A stretch of DNA of 64,000 nt, taken from positions 4,512,001-4,576,000 of the forward strand of contig CBDETK010000013.1 of assembly GCA_965242865.1 (NCBI GenBank), written 5' to 3'. The notes under the pieces are model-generated. The model was not told the DNA's origin, made no database searches, and saw only the letters and a program-made list of their open reading frames with translations. Positions 51,623 through 60,605 of the stretch are shown one piece after another. A program made the translations under genes and the position numbers. This DNA is from Candidatus Latescibacterota bacterium. Its GTDB lineage: Bacteria; Latescibacterota; UBA2968; UBA8231. Every line of letters starts with the position of its first letter. Within the stretch, counting starts at the first letter, position 1.

Positions 51623-51818
51623 TGCGATGTTTCGACGCACTTGTGCGATGTATCCGCGCACTTTTAGGCCATCAATAGCACATTCAAAGGGCCTGAAAGA
51701 CGGACGAGAAATTAATTTATTTTTTTATAACATATTGTATAACAAGTATTTATGAAAATTATAAGAAAGAAATCGACATGATTATCACCTGCTGGCCGCC
51801 TATTGGCACGATAATTGC
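51623..51818 (+). promoter_or_regulatory. Sigma54 promoter + paired enhancer, copy C
   Basis: tgcgatgtttcgacgca (51623), tgcgatgtatccgcgca (51644); TGGCACG-ataa-TTGC at 51804-51818. Confidence 0.92.
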
Positions 51819-51879
51819 GATAATACTTACTGAAACGACAACCGGCATTCTCCACAGCAACAGAACGGAGGTAACGCTT

Positions 51880-51972
51880 ATGAAGCACATCGTCTCAACT
51901 GGTTCGGGGCTTGTCCCTAGCGGCCAGTGCTTCTCCTCGGAGATCGCCTCCGAGAGTACGCAACCAACTTAA
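51880..51972 (+). promoter_or_regulatory. Leader element 3: uORF MKHIVSTGSGLVP.. (30 aa) + hairpin
   Basis: GGAGGT RBS; hairpin ctcggag-atcgc-ctccgag at 51936-51954; here the uORF reads through the hairpin. Confidence 0.55.
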
Positions 51973-51988
51973 AGTAAAGGAGCGCATC

Positions 51989-52165
51989 ATGAAGACGCGC
52001 ATCATCCGGCTGGCCATTGGCTTCACGGCCTTGGTCGCCAGCTTCCTGCCGCAGAAGGCCGAGGCTATTGGGTGCTTCATCAAGTGCGGTTCCGATTTCT
52101 GCTTCGCAATTGGTGAGCACGCCAAGTGCGAGTGCAAAAACGGTAACGCGGTATGCAGTGCCTAA
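51989..52165 (+). CDS. Secreted six-cysteine peptide 2 (58 aa; predicted 32 aa mature)
   Basis: AAGGAG RBS; MKTRIIRLAIGFTALVASFLPQKAEA|IGCFIKCGSDFCFAIGEHAKCECKNGNAVCSA. Confidence 0.88.
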   Translation: MKTRIIRLAIGFTALVASFLPQKAEAIGCFIKCGSDFCFAIGEHAKCECKNGNAVCSA

Positions 52166-52277
52166 TCAGCCTTCAGGGGCGGCTGGTCTAGGCCGCTCCA
52201 CCCAACGCGCCCCGGAATGGCACCTTAATCACCGCTATTCCGGGGCAACCTAACCCAAACCCAGAAGAGGTATAAAG

Positions 52278-53120
52278 ATGAAAACGCTGTATTTCACCCT
52301 AATCGCCGCTTGGTTCGCCCAGTATGCGTGCGTAGAACGGGAAGCCGACTCCAGCCTTACCGTCATGCCTCCTAAGTCCCAGTATGGGGGCTTTTCATCC
52401 CACCCCGACAGTCTGCAAATTTTCTATGACTACATCCATGGTCAGAAGATGATGAAGATCGAAGCCGGGGCCGAATTGCGGCAGGCTGTCGAGGCGATCC
52501 CCGTTGATCTGGGTGCTCCCATTGACCTAGCGCAAGAAGCCGCATTGCGCGATTGGCTCTACGACTTCTTAGTAGTCTTTTCGGCTTCGGGTAGCGACAG
52601 CCTCGCCGCCGCGTTTTACCTCCGCGAGGGCACGAATAACCCCGACGGGTTAGAATTCCTGAAAGAGTATCTCGCTAGCAGAGACGTCCCGACAGGCGAT
52701 ACGCCCTTTGCCATGTTTGCAGCCGGGCATAGAACAATACTCGGCATAGCGAAACGCGATTACTTTTTCGAGAGCGTGTCCTTTTTCGACAGCGCGTTTA
52801 AGGTATTTGAAATGCAAGAGGCGTACGATAGCTATGCGTTATACCTCCAGACGCATGGCATGGTCCCCAAAGGCACCTTGAATTTTCACCCCAAACTATA
52901 CGACGAGGTTGAGGAAGCTCTACAGGCCGGCGAGTCGTTGATTTTCGCCGACATCATGTTCATCGTCGAAGAGCCGGCAGGGGTCTCCGATTGGCCGTGG
53001 CAGGGGCGCACCCCGTCCTTCTGTCGGCTAGTCTGGGATCCAGAACGGGCTATGTGGTGCCATGTAGAGGTCTATTTCAGCGTCGGTGTGCCGCAAAACT
53101 TTCTGTTCAACCTCATATAA
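52278..53120 (+). CDS. Secreted protein of unknown family, paralog 4 (possible lipoprotein)
   Basis: MKTLYFTLIAAWFAQYAC; YGGFSSHPDSLQ, LRDWLYDFLV, RLVWDPE.AMW.HVEVYF. Confidence 0.88.
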   Translation: MKTLYFTLIAAWFAQYACVEREADSSLTVMPPKSQYGGFSSHPDSLQIFYDYIHGQKMMKIEAGAELRQAVEAIPVDLGAPIDLAQEAALRDWLYDFLVVFSASGSDSLAAAFYLREGTNNPDGLEFLKEYLASRDVPTGDTPFAMFAAGHRTILGIAKRDYFFESVSFFDSAFKVFEMQEAYDSYALYLQTHGMVPKGTLNFHPKLYDEVEEALQAGESLIFADIMFIVEEPAGVSDWPWQGRTPSFCRLVWDPERAMWCHVEVYFSVGVPQNFLFNLI

Positions 53121-53165
53121 TCTACCTTTGCCGATGCCGATGACTCTAAAGAAGGAGACCCCTCA

Positions 53166-54611
53166 ATGCTAGCTGCCATTGTAAAACGCGAACTGATCGA
53201 TCACCTCCTCAGCCTGCGCTTTAGCTTAGCCCTCGTGCTGACCGTAGGGCTGATGGTGCTCAATGCCCTCGGCTTTGTCGGCGGGTCCTACGAGTCCCGG
53301 CGCGACCTCTATCTCGAACAGGTCCAAGCCCAGCAAGAGATCGGCCGCAGCCACGCCCAACAGGGCTTGTGGAAGCTGATCGTCCATGGAGGGCAAGACT
53401 ATATCTATAAAAAACCCAGCCCCCTCATGTTCTGCGCCGTGGGTGCCAACGACGCCCTGCCCGAGCGGCTCTGGACGCCGAGTTGGCAATTCGGGTACAA
53501 CGACGACATCATGTTCTACGATCCCTTTGTACTCATCTATTGGGACATCAAAACCCACTGGGCACCAAAGGCCAGCCAACTCATGAAGGCCCGAGCCATC
53601 GACTGGGTCTTCATCATCGGCGGCCTGCTCAGCCTCATGGCCTTGTTGTTCACCTTCGACGCCTTCATCGGCGAAAAAGAGCGCGGCACCCTCAAGCTGG
53701 TCATGGCGCAGAGCCTGCCGCGGCACACCCTGCTGTTGGGCAAGTTCCTCGGCGCGATGCTCGCCCTCGCCCTCGTGTTGAGCCTCGCCGTTGTCGTCAA
53801 CCTGCTCATCGTCCTCGCGCTGCCGCAGGTGAACTTGGGTCTGGTTGAGGCCGGGCGCATCGTCGGCATGGGCGGCTTATCGCTGCTGTATCTAGCTTGC
53901 TTTGTCGGATTGGGGCTGTGGGTGTCGATACGGAGCAGCACTACGCGCTCCAGTTTGGTGAACGTGTTGTTGCTGTGGACCTGCGGGGTGTTGCTCTGGC
54001 CGGCGGCCGGCGGTGCGTTGGCCTCCCGCGTGGTGGTCCGCGACTTCGGAGAAGCGGTTGTAATGGAGTGGGAGTTCAACGCTCCAGAAAAAGAGAAAAT
54101 TAATCTTCTTAGGTCTGCTGCGCGGAAGCGCGATATGAGAAACCCCAAAAAGCTACGCGAGTTTGCCGAGGCCGAACGCGCCAAGCGTCAGGTTATTCAA
54201 GACCGGGAAGACCAATTTTTGGCCTTCAGCCTCAGCGAGGTTGAAAGAGCGCGCCACATCGTGCGTCTGTCGCCAATGGGCTGCTTCCAGTACGGCATGG
54301 AGGCCCTCGCCGGCACCGGACTAGCGCGTCACAAGAGCTTTGTCGAGCAAGCCCGCACCTTTGTCCAGCAGTTCGAGCAGACCATGCTCAACCTCGACCG
54401 CGACGATCCCAAAAGCATGCACATCCACCCCGTCGCCCAAGGGCTGTCGCGGCAGAAAATCAACCCCGACACCTTACCTGTCTTTACCGAGAGCCTGTCG
54501 GCGGCGACCTTGCTGCGGCATGCGGTCGTCGATGTCATCGGCCTATTCTTCTTCGCCGTTCTCACGTACATGCTGGCCTACCGAGCATGGCTACGCGCCA
54601 GCATCGTCTAA
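53166..54611 (+). CDS. ABC-2 type transporter permease, type B
   Basis: IVKRELID start, FTFDAFIGEKERGTLKLVMAQSLPR..LLLGK, RLSP motif, multiple TM segments. Confidence 0.85.
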   Translation: MLAAIVKRELIDHLLSLRFSLALVLTVGLMVLNALGFVGGSYESRRDLYLEQVQAQQEIGRSHAQQGLWKLIVHGGQDYIYKKPSPLMFCAVGANDALPERLWTPSWQFGYNDDIMFYDPFVLIYWDIKTHWAPKASQLMKARAIDWVFIIGGLLSLMALLFTFDAFIGEKERGTLKLVMAQSLPRHTLLLGKFLGAMLALALVLSLAVVVNLLIVLALPQVNLGLVEAGRIVGMGGLSLLYLACFVGLGLWVSIRSSTTRSSLVNVLLLWTCGVLLWPAAGGALASRVVVRDFGEAVVMEWEFNAPEKEKINLLRSAARKRDMRNPKKLREFAEAERAKRQVIQDREDQFLAFSLSEVERARHIVRLSPMGCFQYGMEALAGTGLARHKSFVEQARTFVQQFEQTMLNLDRDDPKSMHIHPVAQGLSRQKINPDTLPVFTESLSAATLLRHAVVDVIGLFFFAVLTYMLAYRAWLRASIV

Positions 54612-54699
54612 AGACAGCCTTCGTCGCCCCACATTTCCAGATCAAAGTGGGTCGTTCCTAGACCGGCTACCTCCATATCCCTCGAGAGGCATCGGGGGA

Positions 54700-54852
54700 T
54701 AGTCGCCGCCACTGGGGGCGGCGACTACGGTGGGGGCGGCGACGGCGGCGACGGCAACGATGGCGATGGCGATGGCGACGACGACCGCGACAGCGATGGC
54801 GACGACCGCGACGACTGCAACGACAACAGCGACAGCAACGATGGCGGCGACC
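54700..54852. repeat. REP-like palindrome followed by degenerate GGCGAC/GGCGAT-type microsatellite
   Basis: tagtcgccgccactgggggcggcgacta, then about 115 bp of ggcgac/ggcaac/ggcgat/gcgac units. Confidence 0.8.
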
Positions 54853-54853
54853 A

Positions 54854-55049
54854 TGCGATGTTTCGACGCACTTGTGCGATATATCCGCGCACTTTTAGGC
54901 CGTCAAAAGGGCTTTGCAAAGGATTTGAAAGCGGGGCAATAAATCAGCTCATTTTTTACAACATATTGTATAACAGACAGTTACGAACACTCTATCAAAG
55001 AAATCGGCGCGATTATCACCCGCTGGTCGCCTACTGGCACGATAATTGC
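54854..55049 (+). promoter_or_regulatory. Sigma54 promoter + paired enhancer, copy D
   Basis: tgcgatgtttcgacgca (54854), tgcgatatatccgcgca (54875); TGGCACG-ataa-TTGC at 55035-55049. Confidence 0.92.
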
Positions 55050-55086
55050 AATAATACTTACTGAAACTCAAACCAAGGAGGACACC

Positions 55087-55968
55087 ATGCAACCCGTAGC
55101 CATTTTCGCCCTGCTCGCCATCGCCAGCACCGCTATGGCCGAGCCTAAGCATCCGCACGGTGGCTTTTCATCTCACCCCGACAGCCTCCAAGTCTATCTC
55201 GACTACCTCAACAGCTTGGATATGATCAAGGCCGAGGCCGGTGATGAATTGCGGGAGGCCGTCGAGGCCATCCCCGTCAAGCCGAGCATTCCCATCACTC
55301 CTGTACAAGCAGCCGACCTGCGCGACTGGCTCTACGACTTCCTCGTCGCCTTTTCCGTCTCCGGCAGCGACAGCCTCGCCGCGACTTTCTACTTGCGCGA
55401 AGGCGTTGAGGACTCAGAGGCGATACAGCAGATGAAAAAGGACTTGGAAAGCGGGCCCAGTCTCAAAGATAAAGCCATGATAAAAATGCTAAAGGCAGCG
55501 GGGATCACTATTTCCCTCCCCGAGCCGGTCTCTGATGCGGGCGATACGCCCCTTGCCATCTTAGCAACCCAGCACCGACAAATCCTCGCCACAAAGGGGC
55601 GCGATTATTTCTTCGGCAACCTTTCCTTTCTTGGCAGTGCGTTCGAGGTGTTAGAGATGCAAGGCGAGTATGATAGCTATGGGGATTACGTCCAAACCCA
55701 CGGTTTGCTCCCCCAAGGGCCTATGTGGTGGCCGCCCAAGCTGAAAAAAGAAATTGAGAAAAAGCTACAGGCGGGTGAGCAGCGCATCTTTGCCCAATTC
55801 ACGTTCATCGCCGAAGAGCCCGAAGAGTGCGCCGACTTTGAAACGGGGCCGATGCGCTTCCCGTTTTTCGTCCAACTCGTCTGGAGTCCCCAGAAGAATA
55901 TGTGGCGGCTCGTAGAAATTTTCGCGTCTAATGACGCGCCGGTTCTGTTTGTATTCAAGGCCCTATAA
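55087..55968 (+). CDS. Secreted protein of unknown family, paralog 5
   Basis: AAGGAGG RBS; signal AMA|EP; HGGFSSHPDSLQ, LRDWLYDFLVAFS, QLVWSP..MWRLVE. Confidence 0.88.
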   Translation: MQPVAIFALLAIASTAMAEPKHPHGGFSSHPDSLQVYLDYLNSLDMIKAEAGDELREAVEAIPVKPSIPITPVQAADLRDWLYDFLVAFSVSGSDSLAATFYLREGVEDSEAIQQMKKDLESGPSLKDKAMIKMLKAAGITISLPEPVSDAGDTPLAILATQHRQILATKGRDYFFGNLSFLGSAFEVLEMQGEYDSYGDYVQTHGLLPQGPMWWPPKLKKEIEKKLQAGEQRIFAQFTFIAEEPEECADFETGPMRFPFFVQLVWSPQKNMWRLVEIFASNDAPVLFVFKAL

Positions 55969-56024
55969 TCCGCCCATGCTCATGCGGAAGCCTAAAAAGA
56001 CGAACTCAAACCAAGGAGGACACC

Positions 56025-56915
56025 ATGCAATCCGTAGCCATTTTCGCCCTACTCGCCATCGCCAGCACCGCTATGGCCGAGCCTGAGCACCACTACGGCG
56101 GCTTTTCGCCCGACGCCGCTGGCCAGCAAGTCTATCTCGACTACCTCAACCGCTTGGAGATGTTCCAAGTCGAGGCCGGGGCCGAGTTGCAGCAGGCCGT
56201 CGAGGCCATCCCCGTCGAGCCAGACATCCCCATCACTGCCGAGCAAGAGGCCGACTTGCGCGACTGGCTCTACGACTTCCTCGTCGCCTTTTCCGCTTCC
56301 GGCAGCGACAGCCTCGCCGCCGAGTTCTACTTGCGCGCAGGGGTGGATGACCCGGACCAGATCCAAGAGATAAAAGAGCGCTTGGAACGCGGCCCTAGCC
56401 CCGAAGAAATCGCTGCAATACAGCAGTTTCAAGAGCAGGCAAAGGCGGCGGGCCTCGCGGTGAGCATCCCCATCCCCGAGCCGATCCCCAATGCCGGCGA
56501 TACGCCCCTTGCCATCGTAACGACCCAGCACCGACAAATCCTCAACGCGAAGGGATGCGATTCCTTCTTCGACAACGCCTCCTTGTTCGCCAGCGCGTAT
56601 CGCGTGTTCGAGTTGCAAGGAGCCTACGAGCGCTATTGGGACTATATCGAGGTCCACGACCTGCTCCCTGTGAACCCTAAGAGTTCGTTGCGCATGGACG
56701 ACGAGATGAAGGCGGCTCTACAGGCCGGCGAAAAATGGGTGGCCGCTCAGTTCATGGTCATCGTCGAGGGGCCGGACGAGTGTGCCGACTTTGAAACCGG
56801 GCCGATGCGCTTCCCGTTTTTCGTGCGCCTCGTCTGGAGTCCAGAAAAGGCTATGTGGCGGCTCTTAGAAATCGTCATGCCGAACAGCGCGCCGGTTCAG
56901 TTTTCATTCTTGTAG
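56025..56915 (+). CDS. Secreted protein of unknown family, paralog 6
   Basis: Tandem duplicate of paralog 5 with near-identical RBS and signal region; same family motifs. Confidence 0.88.
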   Translation: MQSVAIFALLAIASTAMAEPEHHYGGFSPDAAGQQVYLDYLNRLEMFQVEAGAELQQAVEAIPVEPDIPITAEQEADLRDWLYDFLVAFSASGSDSLAAEFYLRAGVDDPDQIQEIKERLERGPSPEEIAAIQQFQEQAKAAGLAVSIPIPEPIPNAGDTPLAIVTTQHRQILNAKGCDSFFDNASLFASAYRVFELQGAYERYWDYIEVHDLLPVNPKSSLRMDDEMKAALQAGEKWVAAQFMVIVEGPDECADFETGPMRFPFFVRLVWSPEKAMWRLLEIVMPNSAPVQFSFL

Positions 56916-56963
56916 CCCGCAGATCGCCCCTGAGACTGCGCTCGAACCCACAGGAGCCGCATC

Positions 56964-58547
56964 ATGATCGGCATTGTGTTCCAAAAAGAGATGCTCAGCC
57001 ATCTGCTCAGCCAGCGCTTCGCCGCTTGCACCATCCTCGCTGTCGTACTGATCCTCGCCAACGGCGTCCTCACGACTCAGACCTACGTCCACAAAAAGGC
57101 CAGCTACTTCACCCAGCGGGCCACTGAGGACAGCAAACTGCACGAAATCACCTATTATTCGGCCCTAGGCTGGGACTGGTTAGTCTCGACTACCTTTGGT
57201 CTCACAGCAAAGGTCAAGGCGGCTCCGCGTGCGCTACGGGCTCCGCGTCCCTTAGCGGCGTTCGCCCGAGGAGCCGAACGACAGGCCGGGCAAGCCGTCA
57301 AGGTGCTGCTCTTCGAGGTGCCCTACCAAGCCGAGGAAGTCTCGCCCTTCCAGTCGAGCAACCCTTATCTCGCCATCTTTGCCTTCTTCGACATGGTGTA
57401 CATCTTCCAACTCGTGCTCGGCTTGCTGGCCATCCTCATCGCCAGCGAGACCATTTCCGGCGAGAAGGAGGACGGCACCCTGCGGCTGATGTTGGCGACC
57501 AACGTCAGCCGCGCCCAAGTCCTCGCCGGCAAAATCCTCGCGGGTTTGACCACGCTGGCCATTCCCACGGCTCTCGGCTTCATCCTGCTGACGATCTTGC
57601 TGTTGGGCACGGAGCAGATCGACGTCGGGGCGGGCGAGTGGGCGCGGGTAGGCTTGCTGTTGGTGCTATCGCTGCTGTATCTGCTGGTGTTCTATTTGAT
57701 TGGACTGGCGATCTCGTGCGCGACGCACCGCTCGGCGACCAGCTTGATCGTCGCGCTGTTTGCGTGGGCATTGCTGGCGATAGTGCTGCCCAACAGCATC
57801 TCGGCGTTGCTCAACGAGCAGGCCAACATGGGGGAAAAGCATGCCCAAGCTCATCACAAGGCCGCGCAGGTGTGGCAGGAGTTCGATCAGGAGGTCACCG
57901 ACCTCGCCCGGGCGCACGGTCAGACGAAGTACTTTCCCACAGATATGGTCGAGCGGAACTATATAAAGGGACGCGGGGCTGTAACCTACGACGACGGCAC
58001 TGGAACCTATTCCAACTGGGGAAGAAACGAGCAAAAGCCCCATGTCTATCTATCGAGTGTCGCCGATACACCCGCGCTGACAAAATTCCAAGACATCGTC
58101 CGCACTGGCGAGCGGCTGCGCCTGAAATACGCCCAGCGCGCTTGGAACGAGAAGGCTCCCCTCCTCGAAGGATTCCCCCGCCGAATCCAACGCCTCAACG
58201 ACCAACTCCAACGCCTGCTGCCCGCCGGTGCGTACGCTCAAGCCGCCAGCCTGCTCGCTGGCACCAGCCGCCGTGAATACGACGATTTCATCGACCAAAC
58301 CCGCACCTATCGCGGGCAGATCATCGCCTTCCTCGAAGAGCGCGATGCGTTTGGCTCCCGCGAGTGGTTCAACGACGATCCCGGCTGGCGCGCCGACCTG
58401 CGCGACCTGCCGCGATTTGCCGAGCGCGGCTGGACCGTCGCCGAGAGCGTGCGCCATGCCTTACCGGCACTGACCTCCCTGCTGCTGTATGCGACCGTGC
58501 TCTTTGTCCTCGCCAACCGCCTCTTCGCCCGCTACGACGTGATGTGA
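56964..58547 (+). CDS. ABC-2 type transporter permease, paralog A2
   Basis: Closely similar to 48686-50257, with divergence concentrated in two extracytoplasmic segments. Confidence 0.85.
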   Translation: MIGIVFQKEMLSHLLSQRFAACTILAVVLILANGVLTTQTYVHKKASYFTQRATEDSKLHEITYYSALGWDWLVSTTFGLTAKVKAAPRALRAPRPLAAFARGAERQAGQAVKVLLFEVPYQAEEVSPFQSSNPYLAIFAFFDMVYIFQLVLGLLAILIASETISGEKEDGTLRLMLATNVSRAQVLAGKILAGLTTLAIPTALGFILLTILLLGTEQIDVGAGEWARVGLLLVLSLLYLLVFYLIGLAISCATHRSATSLIVALFAWALLAIVLPNSISALLNEQANMGEKHAQAHHKAAQVWQEFDQEVTDLARAHGQTKYFPTDMVERNYIKGRGAVTYDDGTGTYSNWGRNEQKPHVYLSSVADTPALTKFQDIVRTGERLRLKYAQRAWNEKAPLLEGFPRRIQRLNDQLQRLLPAGAYAQAASLLAGTSRREYDDFIDQTRTYRGQIIAFLEERDAFGSREWFNDDPGWRADLRDLPRFAERGWTVAESVRHALPALTSLLLYATVLFVLANRLFARYDVM

Positions 58548-58695
58548 TCCAGCTCATCGCCATGCCACAAAGCCGCTTGCTCGGCGGTGCGTGTTGGGCT
58601 TACTTAATGGAGCTACGATCTGTGGGTGACCTCGTCATAATGCTTTTGCTATTGGCCTCTCCAACTTGTTTGTTGCAGCGAATGGAATGCCGAAC

Positions 58696-59556
58696 ATGAC
58701 TGCTACTTGGCGCGACTATTGGGAACTGACCAAGCCGAGAATTGCCTTTTTGGTACTGGTTACGGCCGCCTTGGGCTTTTTCTTGGGGGGGCAGGGGATC
58801 CACGCGCCGCTGCTTTTTTGCTGCCTGCTCGTCGGCACGGGTTTGACGACGTGCGGGTCGTCGGTGCTCAACCAGTATCTGGAGCGCGATGTCGATGGTT
58901 TGATGGAGCGCACGCGCCACCGGCCCTTGCCGGCCGGGCGCGTCCAGCCGGGGACGGCTCTGTTGATGGGGTTTGTGCTCGTGCTAAGCGGGGTGTTTTT
59001 CCTGCTTTTTACCACGGGGTTGTTGACGGCGTTTTTGGCACTCCTCTCCGCATTTCTCTACGTGGTGGTGTACACCCCGATCAAGCGGCAAAATTGGCTC
59101 AACACCTCGCTGGGGGCCGTGCCCGGTGCCCTGCCGCCGGTAGGGGGCTGGACGGCGGCGACCGACGCGATTGATCCGGGGGCCGTGGTCCTGTTTCTCA
59201 TTCTCTTTGCTTGGCAGCACCCGCACTTCTACGCCATTGCTTGGATCTTCCGCGACGACTATCGGCGCGGCGGTTTCAAGATGTTGCCCGTCGTCGAGCC
59301 GGATGGGAACAGCACGTGCTGGCAGGTGGTGGGCTACTTGGTGCTGCTGCTGATTTTTTCGGTGCTGCCTTCGTTTATGGGCCTTACCGGGCCGCTCTAT
59401 CTCGTCGGGGCACTGGTGTTGGGTGCGCTGTTTTTCGTCGCCGGGCTCGCGCTTAGCTTCTCGCGTTCTGTGGCCAGTGCGCGGCGGCTGCTCAAGGCTT
59501 CGGTCCTCTACCTGCCGCTCTTGTTGGCGTTGAGCGTGGTAGATGCCGGGTTTTAG
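58696..59556 (+). CDS. cyoE: Protoheme IX farnesyltransferase (heme o synthase)
   Basis: YWELTKPRI, NQYLERDVD..MERT.HRPLP.GR, YTPIKR, GA.PGALPP..GW, WQHPHF, DDY..GG.KMLP. Confidence 0.95.
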   Translation: MTATWRDYWELTKPRIAFLVLVTAALGFFLGGQGIHAPLLFCCLLVGTGLTTCGSSVLNQYLERDVDGLMERTRHRPLPAGRVQPGTALLMGFVLVLSGVFFLLFTTGLLTAFLALLSAFLYVVVYTPIKRQNWLNTSLGAVPGALPPVGGWTAATDAIDPGAVVLFLILFAWQHPHFYAIAWIFRDDYRRGGFKMLPVVEPDGNSTCWQVVGYLVLLLIFSVLPSFMGLTGPLYLVGALVLGALFFVAGLALSFSRSVASARRLLKASVLYLPLLLALSVVDAGF

Positions 59557-59675
59557 AAAACGTGCAAAAATTTCCGTCCGTGGTACGTAGAATGTAGGGC
59601 CACCTTTCCACCGCCGCTCGCGCTGGTAGATCGTCTATCGGCATAGGCGGCGCACTTAACCGAGAGGAATGTAAA

Positions 59676-59954
59676 ATGACAGAGCAACCCCTAACTCAAG
59701 CGCAAGACCACGACCGCCGCATTGGACGGCTAGAAGGCATTGTCGAGCAGTTAAACCACCGCTTGGACTCCATTGAAAAGCGTATCGACGCCCTTGAACG
59801 GGCGATTGCCGAGTTGCGCGTCGAAGTGCGGAACGAGATTGCCGCTATCCATCGCCGCCTCGATACGCAATTTCGCTGGCTAGTCGGTATTCAGCTAACA
59901 ACCCTGATCGCTATTGGCAGCCTGCTGTTTGGTATCCTCAGCAAACTACCTTAA
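59676..59954 (+). CDS. Small coiled-coil protein with C-terminal TM helix (DUF1640-like)
   Basis: Heptad-rich RIGRLEG..RLDSIEKRIDALE followed by FRWLVGIQLTTLIAIGSLLF; GAGG RBS. Confidence 0.7.
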   Translation: MTEQPLTQAQDHDRRIGRLEGIVEQLNHRLDSIEKRIDALERAIAELRVEVRNEIAAIHRRLDTQFRWLVGIQLTTLIAIGSLLFGILSKLP

Positions 59955-60017
59955 TGCCTACAACCCGCGCCATCTGAAATCACCGCAAAATCGCCTGATA
60001 ACACCGACGCTTCGTTT

Positions 60018-60605
60018 TTACTCAACAGCTTCTAGGAGTGCGGCTTGCGCCCGCTGGTATTCTGCCGGCGCGTTGAGGTTGGCAAAAAGCAGGCCGCGCT
60101 CGTCGTAGGGCCGCCAGTCCTTTTCCCGCACCAAATCCAAACTCAGATTGCTCAACAGACGGCGCATGCCGAGTTGATCGGCCTGCATGGCCGCTTGGAC
60201 CGCCGCCATGCAGGATGGCTCGTAGAGCGCGCAAAGCGGCTGCAGCCCGGCGGCCGTGTGGGGCACGACTGCTTGATGCGGCCCGCGCCGGTCGACGAGA
60301 TAGCGGAGGAAGGCCGGGGTGAGGAAGGGCAAGTCGCAGGCGAGGAGGAGCACGGGCGCGGCGGTTGTGCCGAGCGCGGTGTACAGGCCGCCCAGCGGCC
60401 CGCGCCCGGGGCGGCAGTCGGGAAGGACAGGCCACCCGAGGTGGCCGTAAGCGGCCGGGTCGCCGACGATGAGGCCGGGATAGGCGAGGGGGCGAGCCGC
60501 GGCGAGAACGCGCTCAATCAGGGGCTGGCCGCCTAGGGGCAGGAGGGCTTTGTCGCGGCCCATGCGCCGGCTCTGGCCGCCGGCCAGCACGGCCACGTGG
60601 ATCAT
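60018..60605 (-). CDS. mobA: Molybdenum cofactor guanylyltransferase
   Basis: VLAGGQSRRMGRDKALL, GPLGGL, LLACDLPF, QPLCALY, FANLN.P.EY. Confidence 0.9.
   Translation of the reverse strand: MIHVAVLAGGQSRRMGRDKALLPLGGQPLIERVLAAARPLAYPGLIVGDPAAYGHLGWPVLPDCRPGRGPLGGLYTALGTTAAPVLLLACDLPFLTPAFLRYLVDRRGPHQAVVPHTAAGLQPLCALYEPSCMAAVQAAMQADQLGMRRLLSNLSLDLVREKDWRPYDERGLLFANLNAPAEYQRAQAALLEAVE

Noticed and set aside
45489-52165. Classification of the Cys peptides as lanthipeptide, sactipeptide or ranthipeptide precursors
   Set aside because: Their leaders are hydrophobic Sec-type signals ending A-x-A rather than double-glycine or RRE-type leaders, and no modifying enzymes or C39 transporter occur in the window.
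54642-54942. Low-complexity Ala/Thr- or Val/Ala-rich ORFs
   Set aside because: These are translations of the GGCGAC-type microsatellite and promoter D, with no convincing RBS.
43730-58547. Diversity-generating retroelement, integron or shufflon as the diversification mechanism
   Set aside because: No reverse transcriptase, integrase or invertase is present, and I saw no adenine-specific TR/VR pair or attC-like sites; the pattern fits duplication and deletion.
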